From: Octopus sinensis
Taxonomy: Eukaryota
Direction of reading: 5' to 3'
DNA length: 41,594 bases
Assembly: GCF_006345805.1 (NCBI RefSeq)
Contig: NW_021835695.1
Coordinates: forward strand, 1 to 41,594
A program made the translations under genes and the position numbers. The notes under the pieces were generated by a model. That model saw only the letters and a program-made list of their open reading frames with translations, did not search any database and was not told where the DNA came from. Shown here piece by piece: positions 1-10,240 of the stretch (its first letter is position 1; every line of letters starts with the position of its first letter).

Positions 1-95
1 TATATACATACATATGTGCAAACATATACATGTAAACATACATTCATACTTACGTACATACATACATACAGGAAGAGTGAGAGGGAATGTGATTG

Positions 96-98
<3 letters not shown>

Positions 99-143
<45 letters not shown>
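99..143. repeat. (GA)n microsatellite
   Basis: Uninterrupted GA dinucleotide run. Confidence 0.95.
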
Positions 144-146
<3 letters not shown>

Positions 147-454
147 TTAGCTCGTAAATTTGTAGGCGACATTTTTGGTTATTTTTAGAATGTCTGCGTC
201 CAAAGTCGAGGCTCTCGGTAAATTAAAATAAGATTGAAAATTTTGATGCTGACTTTTGCGAAGAGCTCGAGCTGCACAATTTAATTAGGTTCCTTTCTGA
301 CTCCTGTTGAATGCGTGATGGAATCGTCTTTGTTTCTTGGGGTCGATACAATAATATATAACCTAACTTGCTGGGCCTTGTGTAATGCATCTGAACAACA
401 TAGAAATGTACAGCTTTATCAAATACCATAGAAGAGATATTCTTTCCTCTTTTA

Positions 455-670
455 TTCCCTTATTTGTTTCAGTCACTTGACTGCAGCCATGCTGGAGCAC
501 CGCCTCGAAAGGGGTTTTTTAGTCGAACAAATCCACCCTGGGACTTATATTTTTCAGGCTAGTACTTACTCTATCTATCCGTTTTGCCGAACTGCTAAGT
601 TACGGGAACGTAAATACTCCAATACCGGTTCTCAAGGGGTGATGGGGTGGGTCAAACACAGACACAAAGA
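455..670 (-). mobile_element. SINE family A, 3' half
   Basis: Matches the other family A copies (gtttcagtca.ttgactgc.gccatgctggagcaccgcc ... aaacacagacac). A degenerate head half lies at about 1195-1325. Confidence 0.8.
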
Positions 671-730
671 CACCCACGCATACATACATACATGCGTACA
701 TGCATGCATACACACACACAAACACACACA

Positions 731-789
<59 letters not shown>

Positions 790-1036
790 GCAGTGAAAAT
801 TACGGATAAAATCTATTTAGGGTTTTATCAAGTAGCTAACATGTAAAAACCAATTAAGGTAAAAATTGATACAAAGTATATAACTTTGTAAATATAATAA
901 TAAAATTATAGGTAGAGCAAATACAAGGTAATGCTACACGCTAGAAGACGCCAAATGGCTCTAAACTACTTTATCACACACACACATACACATATACACA
1001 TACACACACACAAATATAATGTGTATTGTCATACTC

Positions 1037-1168
1037 ATACATACATACATACAAAGATACATACATGCATACATACATACATACATGCATACATACATGC
1101 ATACATACATACATGCATACATACATATATACATACATACATACATACATACATACATACATACATAC
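1037..1168. repeat. (TACA)n-type microsatellite
   Basis: Imperfect TACA/TGCA tetranucleotide array. Confidence 0.9.
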
Positions 1169-2041
1169 ACAATGGAATTCCTACAGTTGTCAAAAAAAAT
1201 TCATTCACCAAGCGTTAGTCGAACCGGGGCTATAGAAGAAAAGATGCTCCGTAGGTGCAATGCAGTGTAATTGAACAACTTGGTTGCCAAACATCATACT
1301 TCTTAACCATAGCCATGTCAGCACCAATAGCCATTCGTACCTGTTGATTTTAATTAAAAAAAAAAAAAACAGGACGCTACATTCGGTAAACTGATGTACA
1401 AAATTACTCCAGGTTGTAAACTTACAAGTCTTAAACACAATTCAGTCTATTAAGATAATATTTCGAGATTTTCCTTTTTCTTTTTCGGTGCCAAATAAAT
1501 ACACGCACACTATATATTCGTTCTTCACTTCAGATTTATTTTATCATTATTCATATTTCATGTCCTATGCTTGGAAAATATTTCGTCACACATCCTGTGG
1601 TCTCTTCAGCGACTCTACATCTCACGTGTCTCTTCCTGTTCTGTTTCACTTCATAGATATATGTTACTAGTAATCATGAATACGAATGATTTATTTAGTT
1701 CTCTACTAATTTGATATTTAGAACAAAATTTTATAAAGATGCAACAAATACTTCGCCAGATACATGCTTTAAACGAGCTCAGTGAAGGAAATACCAGTAA
1801 CAACAGACATTTAGTTTTACTAGCATTAACAACTTACTCTGAAGAAGAGATCTCAGCTTTGTGAGTAGTACGTCTGAGTAGATTTGCATTGGGTTCCGTA
1901 TTAACATTTCCGTAAAGGACGCCCAAACTGACATCTTAATTCGTATTTCTTTTTGCGGGCATTGTTATATGTAGTGTGTGTATACACAGAATGCACAGAA
2001 TGCGCATGTTCGTACATTCACACACTCACTCGTACACATAT

Positions 2042-2450
2042 ACTCTTTTACTCTTTTACTTGTTTCAGTCATTTGACTGCGGCCATGCTGGAGCACCGCC
2101 TTTAGTCGAGCAAATCGACCCCGGGACTTATTCTTTGTAAGCCCAGTACTTATTCTATCGGTCTCTTTTGCCGAAACGCTAAGTGACGGGGACGTAAACA
2201 CACCAGCATCGGTTGTCAAGCAATGCTAGGGGGACAAACACAGACACACAAACACATACATACATATACATATATATACATATATACGACAGGCTTCTTT
2301 CAGTTTCCGTCTACCAAATCCACTCACAAGGCATTGGTCGACCCGGGGCTATAGCAGAAGACACTTGCCCAAGATGCCACGCAGTGGGACTGAACCCGGA
2401 ATCATGTGGTTGGTTAGCAAGCTACTTACCACACAGCCACTCCTGCGCCT
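2042..2450 (-). mobile_element. SINE family A, full length (tRNA head, internal CA/TA microsatellite, stem-loop plus (GTAAAAGA)n tail)
   Basis: On the - strand: A-box-like TGGCTGTGTGG, B-box-like GGTTCAGTCCC, body, internal microsatellite, 3' hairpin CAGTC-aaat-GACTG and repeated GTAAAAGA tail. About 10 related copies in the window. Confidence 0.9.
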
Positions 2451-2464
2451 ATATATACATAATA

Positions 2465-2905
2465 TTCTTTTCTACCTTAGGCACAAGGCCCGAAATTTTG
2501 TTGGGGGGGGGGCAGTCGAATAGATTGACCCCAAAATGCAACTGGTACTTAATTTATCGACCCCGAAAGAATGAAAGGCAAAGTCGACCACGGTGGAATT
2601 TGAACTCAGAACGTAGCGGCAGACGAAATACCTATTTCTTTACTACCCACAAGGGGCTAAACACAGAGAGGACAAAGAAGGATTAAGTCGATTATATCGA
2701 CCCCAGTGCGTAACTGGTATTATAGTTAATCGACCCTGAAAGTATGAAAAGCAAAGTCGACCTCGGCGGAATTTGAACTCAGAACGTAAAGACAGACGAA
2801 ATACTGCTAAGCATTTCGCTCCGTGTAGGAATAAACCTAACAGTAGACGAAATGCCGTGAAGCATTACGCCAGTCGTGCCAACAATTCTGCCAGCTCGCT
2901 CACCG
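2465..2905 (-). mobile_element. SINE family B, dimeric/nested copy
   Basis: On the - strand: tRNA-like head (GAGCTGGCAGAA ... GAGTTCAAATTCC), body gtcgactttgcctttcat.ctttcggggtcgat, hairpin GTCGAT-nta-ATCGAC. Two body units with two different tails. Confidence 0.85.
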
Positions 2906-2971
2906 CCACATATGTATATAATATTCTCAAAGACATTTTCCTTTGATAGCCTCTCTTTTTAACATTAAACA

Positions 2972-3019
<48 letters not shown>

Positions 3020-3097
3020 TATTCATGAAGTCATTTTCCTTAATATACTTCTTTTTAGCATCCGTAGTACTTTGCATGTATGTGTACGTGTGTATAT

Positions 3098-3148
<51 letters not shown>

Positions 3149-4059
3149 CGTTGCATATTTAGTCAGTTTCGTACACGTGCTCTACTCGTATTATTTCTAA
3201 AGCGATATTAGTGAGCTCATAATGCCACCACAATTGACGCTCGAATGAAGGCTCTAGCTACAGTGATCGTCCCATTTGTGTTCTTCTCTGCCAGCACATC
3301 AGTTCGTTGCTTCCTTCTCACAAAAGAGAGAGAAAAGATAGAATTTCGTCATTTTAAATAACTGACCCAAGAAGTTATACTCTTTATGGATTCAATATTT
3401 ACTGTTTTCTACAGGATTTATATCCGTAAACAACTTGTTTCTTCGTCTTGTACACCTTCATCATAAGGTATTAAAACAACCTACGGCCGTTATTCTGAAA
3501 CTGGAATGATATTTTAGTACGTCCAAACTTTTGCTAATTGCCTTAAGTACCTGAGTAAGCGCGTGACGAGCACATGCCCTCTCGTTCGTCCCAAGGCTTA
3601 CCTAGTAAAACAACCAGTATATGACAGATGGTATGGTAGCACATGGCTGATCCTTATTTAGACGAGCAGAATGAAACTAAGTGCCTTGCTGAAAAATATG
3701 GCGTGTCGCTCGGTCCAGGAATTCATCCAGTAACTTTGTAATCATGAGTTCATCATTTTGAGCACTATGTAACGCGCTTTGATAGTCCTTTATCCTTAAT
3801 TATTATAGCATCGGATACGTATTAAATCAACAAGATAGGGATATAGATGGAGTAGTGCATGGTTCTAGAGATCGTGAATGGGCTTACTTCATTTTATTAA
3901 CTGCCAAAGTACAAGCAGTCAGATCAAGTTCGAATTCAAGTATGTCTTGGAAATTTTCCAAGTAAAATCATTATGAATATAATACAATCGACCGCTTCCT
4001 GTTCTAGTTTTCAATGCTGAAGATGTAAAAAGTATAGACACGTGAGGTTCATAGGTATA

Positions 4060-4620
4060 GAACTGAAAATATTGGTTTCAAATTTCGGAACACAGTCAAT
4101 AAGTTCGGAGTAGGAGTTAAATCGTTTACTTCGACCTCGGTGTTCAACTGATACATATTTTATCGACCCCGGGAGGAAGAAAGGCAAAGTCGACCTCGGC
4201 AGCATTTGCACTCAGAAGGCAAAGACTGAAGAAAATGCCAGTAAGCATTTCGACCGGCGTGCTAAAGGTTCTGCTAGCTCGCCGCCTTGCTTAAACAAAA
4301 TATTCTTTTCTACTCTAGGAACAAGGCCCGAAATTTTGGGGGATGGGTTCCAGTCGATTAGATCGACTCCAGTACGCAACTGGTACTTAATTTCTTTACT
4401 ACCTATTTCTTTACTACCCACGAGGGGCCAAACACAGAGGACAAACAAGGATAGACAAACGGATTAAGTCGATTATATCGACCCCAGTGCGTAACTGGTA
4501 CTTATTTAATCAACCCCGAAAGGATGAAAGGTAAAGTCGACCTCGGCGGAATTTGAACTCAGGACGTAGCGGCAGACGAAATACCGCAAAGCATTTCGCC
4601 CGGCGTGCTAACGTTTCTAC
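4060..4620 (-). mobile_element. Cluster of SINE family B copies (monomer about 4060-4290, dimer-type about 4305-4620)
   Basis: Same head, body and tail motifs as 2465-2905 and 29740-30125. Confidence 0.85.
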
Positions 4621-4637
4621 CAATATCTCTCTATCTC

Positions 4638-4730
<93 letters not shown>

Positions 4731-4897
4731 CCTTCTTTCTGTGTGTTTTTTTCTCTGTGTATCTTTCTGTTGAAGAGCGTAGGCTCGAAACGTTAAAGAC
4801 TTGTTTTATTTATATTTCCTGAGCGCCATACTAATACAATTGTTTGTTTGTTTTCCACCTGCCTTCGTCTTTTGTCTATTTTCATAAAGCTTCCCGT
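4731..4897 (+). mobile_element. Hammerhead-bearing short element, copy 1 (putative Penelope pLTR-derived)
   Basis: Homologous over about 140 bp to 18430-18567 and 39820-39957. Bounded by (TA)n on both sides. Confidence 0.75.
4762..4799 (+). ncRNA. Minimal type I hammerhead ribozyme-like motif, CUGUNGA core variant
   Basis: TCTTT (stem I), CTGTTGA (core), A, GAGC-gtag-GCTC (stem II), GAAA, CGT (palindromic ACGT stem III), T (H17), AAAGA (stem I'). Activity untested. Confidence 0.6.
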
Positions 4898-5319
4898 TAT
4901 ATATATATATATATATATATATTACAATCGACCGCTCCCTGTTCTAGTTTTCAATGCTGAAGATGTAAAAAATTTGCCTCTTGTCAACGTACGGTAATCA
5001 CCGGTTTACGATGAAAGGAACACCTGTTTGCAAATACTTATAGGTTTTTCTAGTGACTTCCGTCACTGATTTCGAAAAACTGTCTGCAAGCAATAATAAA
5101 TTTCTGAACGAGATGTAAACAGTAACCGCTCGACAACGTAAAGTATACTAGCCATCTGAATATGGCTAACCACTAAGGGTGGGTGTTACTGTAGCTTGTA
5201 GCCCCAGGAGATCATCGTCTCCAGCTGGCTTTAGGCACACTTTCTGTGCACTTATGGTATTTGCGAAGGAAGGTCATATATATATATATATATATATACT
5301 TTTTTATATTGTTTTATTC

Positions 5320-5530
5320 TTTTATTCGTTTCAGTCATTTCTCTGCGGCCTTGATGTAGCACCACGTTTAGTTGAACAAATCGACCCCAGGACTTATACT
5401 TTGTAAGCCTAGTATTTATTCTATCGAGGTCTTTCGCCAAACCGCTAAGTTATGGAAACGTAAACATACCAACATCGGTTGGCAAGCGGTGGCGGGTGGG
5501 GGACAAGCACAGACACAGACATATACACAC
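5320..5530 (-). mobile_element. SINE family A, 3' half (a head half lies at about 6533-6660)
   Basis: Family A tail and body motifs. The head half at 6533-6660 has an internal deletion. Confidence 0.8.
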
Positions 5531-5562
5531 ACTCAAAGGCACACATATATATATGTGTGTGT

Positions 5563-5880
5563 GAAGGCGTATGGCTCAGTGGTTAGAGCGTCGAGCTTAC
5601 GATCGTGAGGTAGTGAGTTCGATTTCCGGACAGGGTTGCATGTTGTGTTCTTGAGCAAGACACTTTATTTCACGTTGCTCCAGTTAAACTCAGCTGTAGA
5701 AATGAGTTGCGACATCACTAGTGACAATCTGTATCGGTCTTTACCTTTCCCTTGGATAACATCAGTGGTGTGGCGAGGGAAGGCTGGTATGCATGGGCGA
5801 CTGCTGGTCTTCTATAAACAAACTTGCACGGACCTGTGCCTGGGAGGGTAACTTTCTAGGTGCAATCCCATGGTCATTCA
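5563..5880 (+). mobile_element. SINE family C (tRNA-derived)
   Basis: A-box TGGCTCAGTGG, B-box GAGTTCGATTTCC, then tgtgttcttgagcaagacactttatttcacgttgctccag. Related copies at 9085-9235 (-), 29592-29735 (+) and, degenerate, 3620-3770 (-). Confidence 0.85.
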
Positions 5881-5894
5881 TGTATATATATATT

Positions 5895-5976
<82 letters not shown>

Positions 5977-6026
5977 TGTATGTATGTATGTATGTAGGTA
6001 TGTATGTATGCATGTATGTATATATG

Positions 6027-6075
<49 letters not shown>

Positions 6076-6496
6076 GTGTGTATGTGTGTTTATGTATGTA
6101 TATATATATATATAATATTAGAAAAAAACACCTTTTATCAATTCAAAATGAATAATTAAATTACGCCATCTAGAATTTTGAATTGATAAAAAGTGTTTTT
6201 TTTCTAATATTTTATATATATATTATATTGTGCCGAATTTGATTTAGTATTTCTAAATTGAATTCCTTTTCCTTGTAAGTTTGGATTTTATTTCCTCAAA
6301 TAATAATTATATAATAGAAATATTAAAATTACTAAGTCTCTATAAGGCGGTGGCCTCATGGAGCTGACCAGCGGCAGCGATTATTCTTATATCTATAAGA
6401 ATGCCATATTAATATGGCGATAACAGTTAATAATTATATTGATTGATTGATTGATTCTAGTTTCAGCTTATGAGCTGTGGCCATGCTGGGGCACCG

Positions 6497-6537
<41 letters not shown>

Positions 6538-6769
6538 CGACGGGCTTCTTTCAGTTTCCGTCTACCAAATCCACTCACAAGGCTTTGTTTGGCCCGAGGC
6601 TATAGTAGAAGTCTGTTACCCAAGGTGCCAAGCTACTTACTACACAGCCACTCCTGCGCCTCCATATATATATTTATAAAGAAATAGCGACTACAACTAA
6701 AACTGTATGTTTAAGGGGAGCAGCCTACAAAATGGTCGTTAATTTCTCGGTATCTAGAATGATTACCTT

Positions 6770-7130
6770 CAAAACATGGGAATATAATCCACACCAGTAC
6801 ATTGCTTTGTCTAGCATGAAGAAGCTATTGCATTTGAGCCTCATTATGAGGTTCACAGGGAGAAGCCTTTGTCCAGCAGTGAGGGGTCCAAAACGATCTG
6901 AGGTTACGAACTGTTGCAGCTACTATCTAGTACCATAGATGTTGAATGTATGTGACCAAGTCCACCTGACCGACTGGACTTAAGACTTAGCGGTGAAATG
7001 GAGGGCAAGAGAAATAGTTAGAAGTGGTCTAAGGCGCTGCTTCGAGACCTGGGAAGGTAAGGCTGGATTTACACCTCAGAGAAGTATCTTGCCCCATATC
7101 GAATTACTGATTACGGCTACAAATGGTGAT
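6770..7130 (+). pseudogene. Highly decayed RTE-like LINE 3' end
   Basis: Pieces read FKTWEY..MKKLLHLSL..VECM..DRL..GEMEGKRNS*KWSKALLRDLG. This resembles the RTE C-terminal ETW..LRKIL.IS..VERM..DR..EGKR..RW..DL pattern. Contains stops and frameshifts. Confidence 0.4.
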
Positions 7131-7214
7131 CGATCGCTTTGTTTGATTGTGAACCACTGTGTTACAGGTGAGTCGAAGCAGAACTAACAATGACACACAA
7201 CAGCAGCAGCAACA

Positions 7215-7570
7215 GGAAATGGAGGCGGTCGGAGGATCGCGGGTTCGATTCCCAGACTGGGCGTTGTGTGTGTTTATTGAGCAAAAGCATCTAAAGCTCC
7301 ACGAGGCTCCGGCGGGGGTGGTGGCGACCCCTGTTGTACTCTTTCGGCCCAACTTTCTCTCACTCTTTCTTCCTGTTTCTTGTCCCAGACTTCCTACGCA
7401 ACCGCTGAGCCTGGATGCGCATTCATCCATCCGTCGATGCTCTCAGTGTCGGAGGTTGACCTGCTTTCTCTCTTCTGCGGGTCTTACGAATAGCAAAGGA
7501 CCACGTTTCGGACTTCTCCCATCTTGCAAGTTCTGTGACGAAGACCGTTCGCTCAACAGCAACAGCAACA
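7215..7570 (+). mobile_element. GC-rich SINE family D (single copy here)
   Basis: B-box GGTTCGATTCCC at about 7242-7253. Flanked by near-identical 17-mers caacagcagcagcaaca (7198-7214) and caacagcaacagcaaca (7554-7570). Confidence 0.65.
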
Positions 7571-7789
7571 ACATCTATGACTACAAGAGACCAACAACCC
7601 TAATTTACACTGAAACTCCCATTGAAAGTCATACATATTTTGAGTAACCTATTTTTTTCCATTCTAAGAGATTTCGACTTTTACTGTCACACATATCCCT
7701 CTACCACACGTTGCAATTTATATATGTTGATCATTTGTGAACTGATGAGGAATTTAGAAACGATGCAGCTTCCAAAAGTTCTTTAGAAT

Positions 7790-8266
7790 AGCATAGGAGT
7801 GGCTGTGTTGTAAGTAGCTTGCTTACCAACAACATGGTTCCGGGTTTAGTCCCACTGCGTGGCACCTTGGGCAGCAGTCGTTTACTATAGCCTCGGGCCG
7901 ACCAAAGCCTTGTGAGTGGATTTGGTAGACGGAAACTGAAAGAAGCCCGTCGTATATGTATATATATATGTATATATATATATATGTGTGTGTGTGTTTG
8001 TGTGTGTGTGTATGTCGTATATTGGTATATATATATGTGTGTGTATGTTTGTGTGTCTGTGTTTGCCCCCACCCCAACATCGCTTGACAACTGATGCTGG
8101 TGTGTTTACGTCCCCGTAACTTAGCGGTTCGGCAAAAGAGACCGATATAATAAGTACTAGGATTACAAAGAGTAAGTCCTGGGGTCGATTTGCTTGATTA
8201 AAGGCAGTGCTCCAGCATGACCACAGTCGAATGACTGAAACAAGTAAAAGAGTAAAAGAGTAAAAG
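7790..8266 (+). mobile_element. SINE family A, full length
   Basis: GGAGTGGCTGTGTTG head, internal TA/TG repeat, cagtc-gaat-gactg hairpin, repeated GTAAAAGA tail. Confidence 0.9.
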
Positions 8267-8520
8267 GATATATTTCTAAAACTTTTACAAAACAAATCAT
8301 TTGAAGATACTAAAGATCTGTAAATGTGCCTTGTTGATGTCATTGCAATTGCTGCTGTTGTCTGAACCCTTGTTAATTCAGCACAGGTAAACCTTTAATC
8401 AAAGGCATTACAGTCGTGACCATCCTTTCTTGTTGAGATTATGTAGAAATACATAACCTCTAATGTTTACTTCCCTGTTTCAAACTGTCTTTGTTATTGT
8501 GTTTTTTTTTCTGTTTCTTT

Positions 8521-8872
8521 TATTGACAACAAACATCAGCATCAAGATCGATAATGAAGAGATCGAAGCGGTTGATGATTTCATCTTCCCTGGTTCCAAA
8601 ATAAATCGAGATGGTGACTGCACTCCAGAAATAAGAGGGCGGATAGTACTAGGCAGAGAGGCAATGGTCAGCATGAGCAGGATCTTGAAGAGTAGAGACA
8701 TCAGACTCGTTACCAAATGCAGATTGGTGAATGCAATTGTCTTCCCAATAGCAACATATGCATGCGAGACCCGGACACTAAAGAAAGCTGACCAGAAGAG
8801 AATTAATGCATTAGAGCTTTGGTGTTGGAAAAGACTTTTACGGATTCCATGGACAGCGAGGCTCACCAATGG
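8521..8872 (+). mobile_element. BovB-like RTE LINE fragment (post-RT region)
   Basis: IDNEEIEAVDDFIFPGSKINRDGDCTPEIRGRIVLGR...LKSRDI.L.TKCRLV.AIVFPIATYACE...ELWCWKRLLRIPWTAR closely parallels the BovB-type DFIFLGSKI..DGDC..EI..R...KSRDI.L.TK.RLV...FP...YGCE...FELWCWRRLLR.PWTAR (comparison from memory). Truncated at both ends. Confidence 0.9.
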
Positions 8873-9084
8873 ACACAGCCAGCTGTCACTCGCAAGCGAG
8901 TATAATTTGCTATCTTGTACCGTGCTTTCGCTAATCTTTTTAGGTTCTGCTGTAGTCACAAACAAACATAAATAGCTTCTTGGTTCTTTCAACTTTGACG
9001 CGGCGGAACAAACGGACTGTGACTTCTCGGGAGAGAGAGTGACACAGAGAGAGAAAGAGACAGAGAGAGAGAGAGAGCTGCACC

Positions 9085-9235
9085 AGCAGTTAGCTGGTAT
9101 TCAGTTTCAGCTAAGTAGACTTGAACAAAGTAAGATAAAGAGTCTTGCTCAAACACAAAGCATATTGCCCTGTCTAAGAATTGAACGCACGACCGTATGA
9201 TCATGAGGCAAACTCCATAATCACAGGGCCACGTA
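9085..9235 (-). mobile_element. SINE family C fragment
   Basis: The reverse strand gives a tRNA-like head followed by tgtgtttgagcaagactctttat. Confidence 0.65.
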
Positions 9236-9769
9236 GCTTTACATAACTACGTAAGAAATAATTATTAAGGTTTTATTCTATTTTTTTAATTTTTTTGTGC
9301 ATGTTTATATGCGTGAGTGTGCGTATGTATGTGTGCGCACGTGTGTGTGCGTGTTTCTAGTTCGCCTCAGAGAATTCGTTAATTAGTCTAAATCTAATTC
9401 TTTCTGTTATATTATGCCACATCTCTCCTGCACTCTTCTTCTCCACCCACTCAACTCCCTCCCTATTCTTCTATTTATATTTATATTATTCCCATTCAAA
9501 CAATATCTTTATTTCACCCAACATTTCCACTCTTTTCCATTATCTCGGACATTTTCCTTCCGTCTTTCTTTCCTATTTAGCTTCTCTTGTTTGTTTACTT
9601 CTGGCAGACTTTCTTTCCGTCACAGTCTCATCCACATGTTACCTCCACCTATCCAATATCATCTCCATTGTATACCCGAGTTTCAGATGACATCAGATTA
9701 AGGGCTCACCAACAATAAGAACAAAAACAACATATTCTGTCTTTCTCTTTCACTCTCTGTTTCTCTGTC

Positions 9770-9774
9770 TCTGC

Positions 9775-9808
<34 letters not shown>

Positions 9809-9910
9809 ACCTCTGTCTTTCTCTATCTGTATCATTGTTCCGCTTCTTTGTCACTCAATGTTTGTCTATCTATCTATCTATCTCTATTTATATATATATA
9901 TATATATCTA

Positions 9911-9970
<60 letters not shown>

Positions 9971-10005
9971 AGAGAGAGAGAGGGAGAGAGAGATAGATAG
10001 ATAGT

Positions 10006-10066
<61 letters not shown>

Positions 10067-10132
10067 TATATATATATAGATAGATAGATAGATAGATATA
10101 GATATAGATATATATATATATGTATTATAGAT

Positions 10133-10179
<47 letters not shown>

Positions 10180-10204
10180 TAAATACATACATATACACAC
10201 ACAC

Positions 10205-10237
<33 letters not shown>

Positions 10238-10240
10238 TAC
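9770..10240. repeat. Compound microsatellite (CTGT/CT/CTAT/TA/GA/GATA/CA)
   Basis: Contiguous simple-repeat blocks. Confidence 0.9.

Noticed and set aside
223-429. 68-aa - strand ORF with an acceptor-like site
   Set aside because: It overlaps a degenerate SINE B tail and has no recognisable product.
1571-1616. - strand CTGAAGA...C-GAAATATT hammerhead-like string
   Set aside because: Stem I does not pair and stem II is poor.
2465-2905. CRISPR-like repeated hairpin units
   Set aside because: This is a eukaryotic SINE dimer, with no regular repeat-spacer periodicity and no cas genes.
5563-5640. tRNA gene
   Set aside because: A and B boxes are present but no intact cloverleaf or terminator was seen, and the sequence continues into a SINE body.
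7735-7780. CTGATGAGG...GAAACG hammerhead-like string
   Set aside because: No stem II closure, no NUH triplet and no stem I.
8480-8992. 170-aa - strand ORF
   Set aside because: It is the antisense shadow of the BovB-like fragment.
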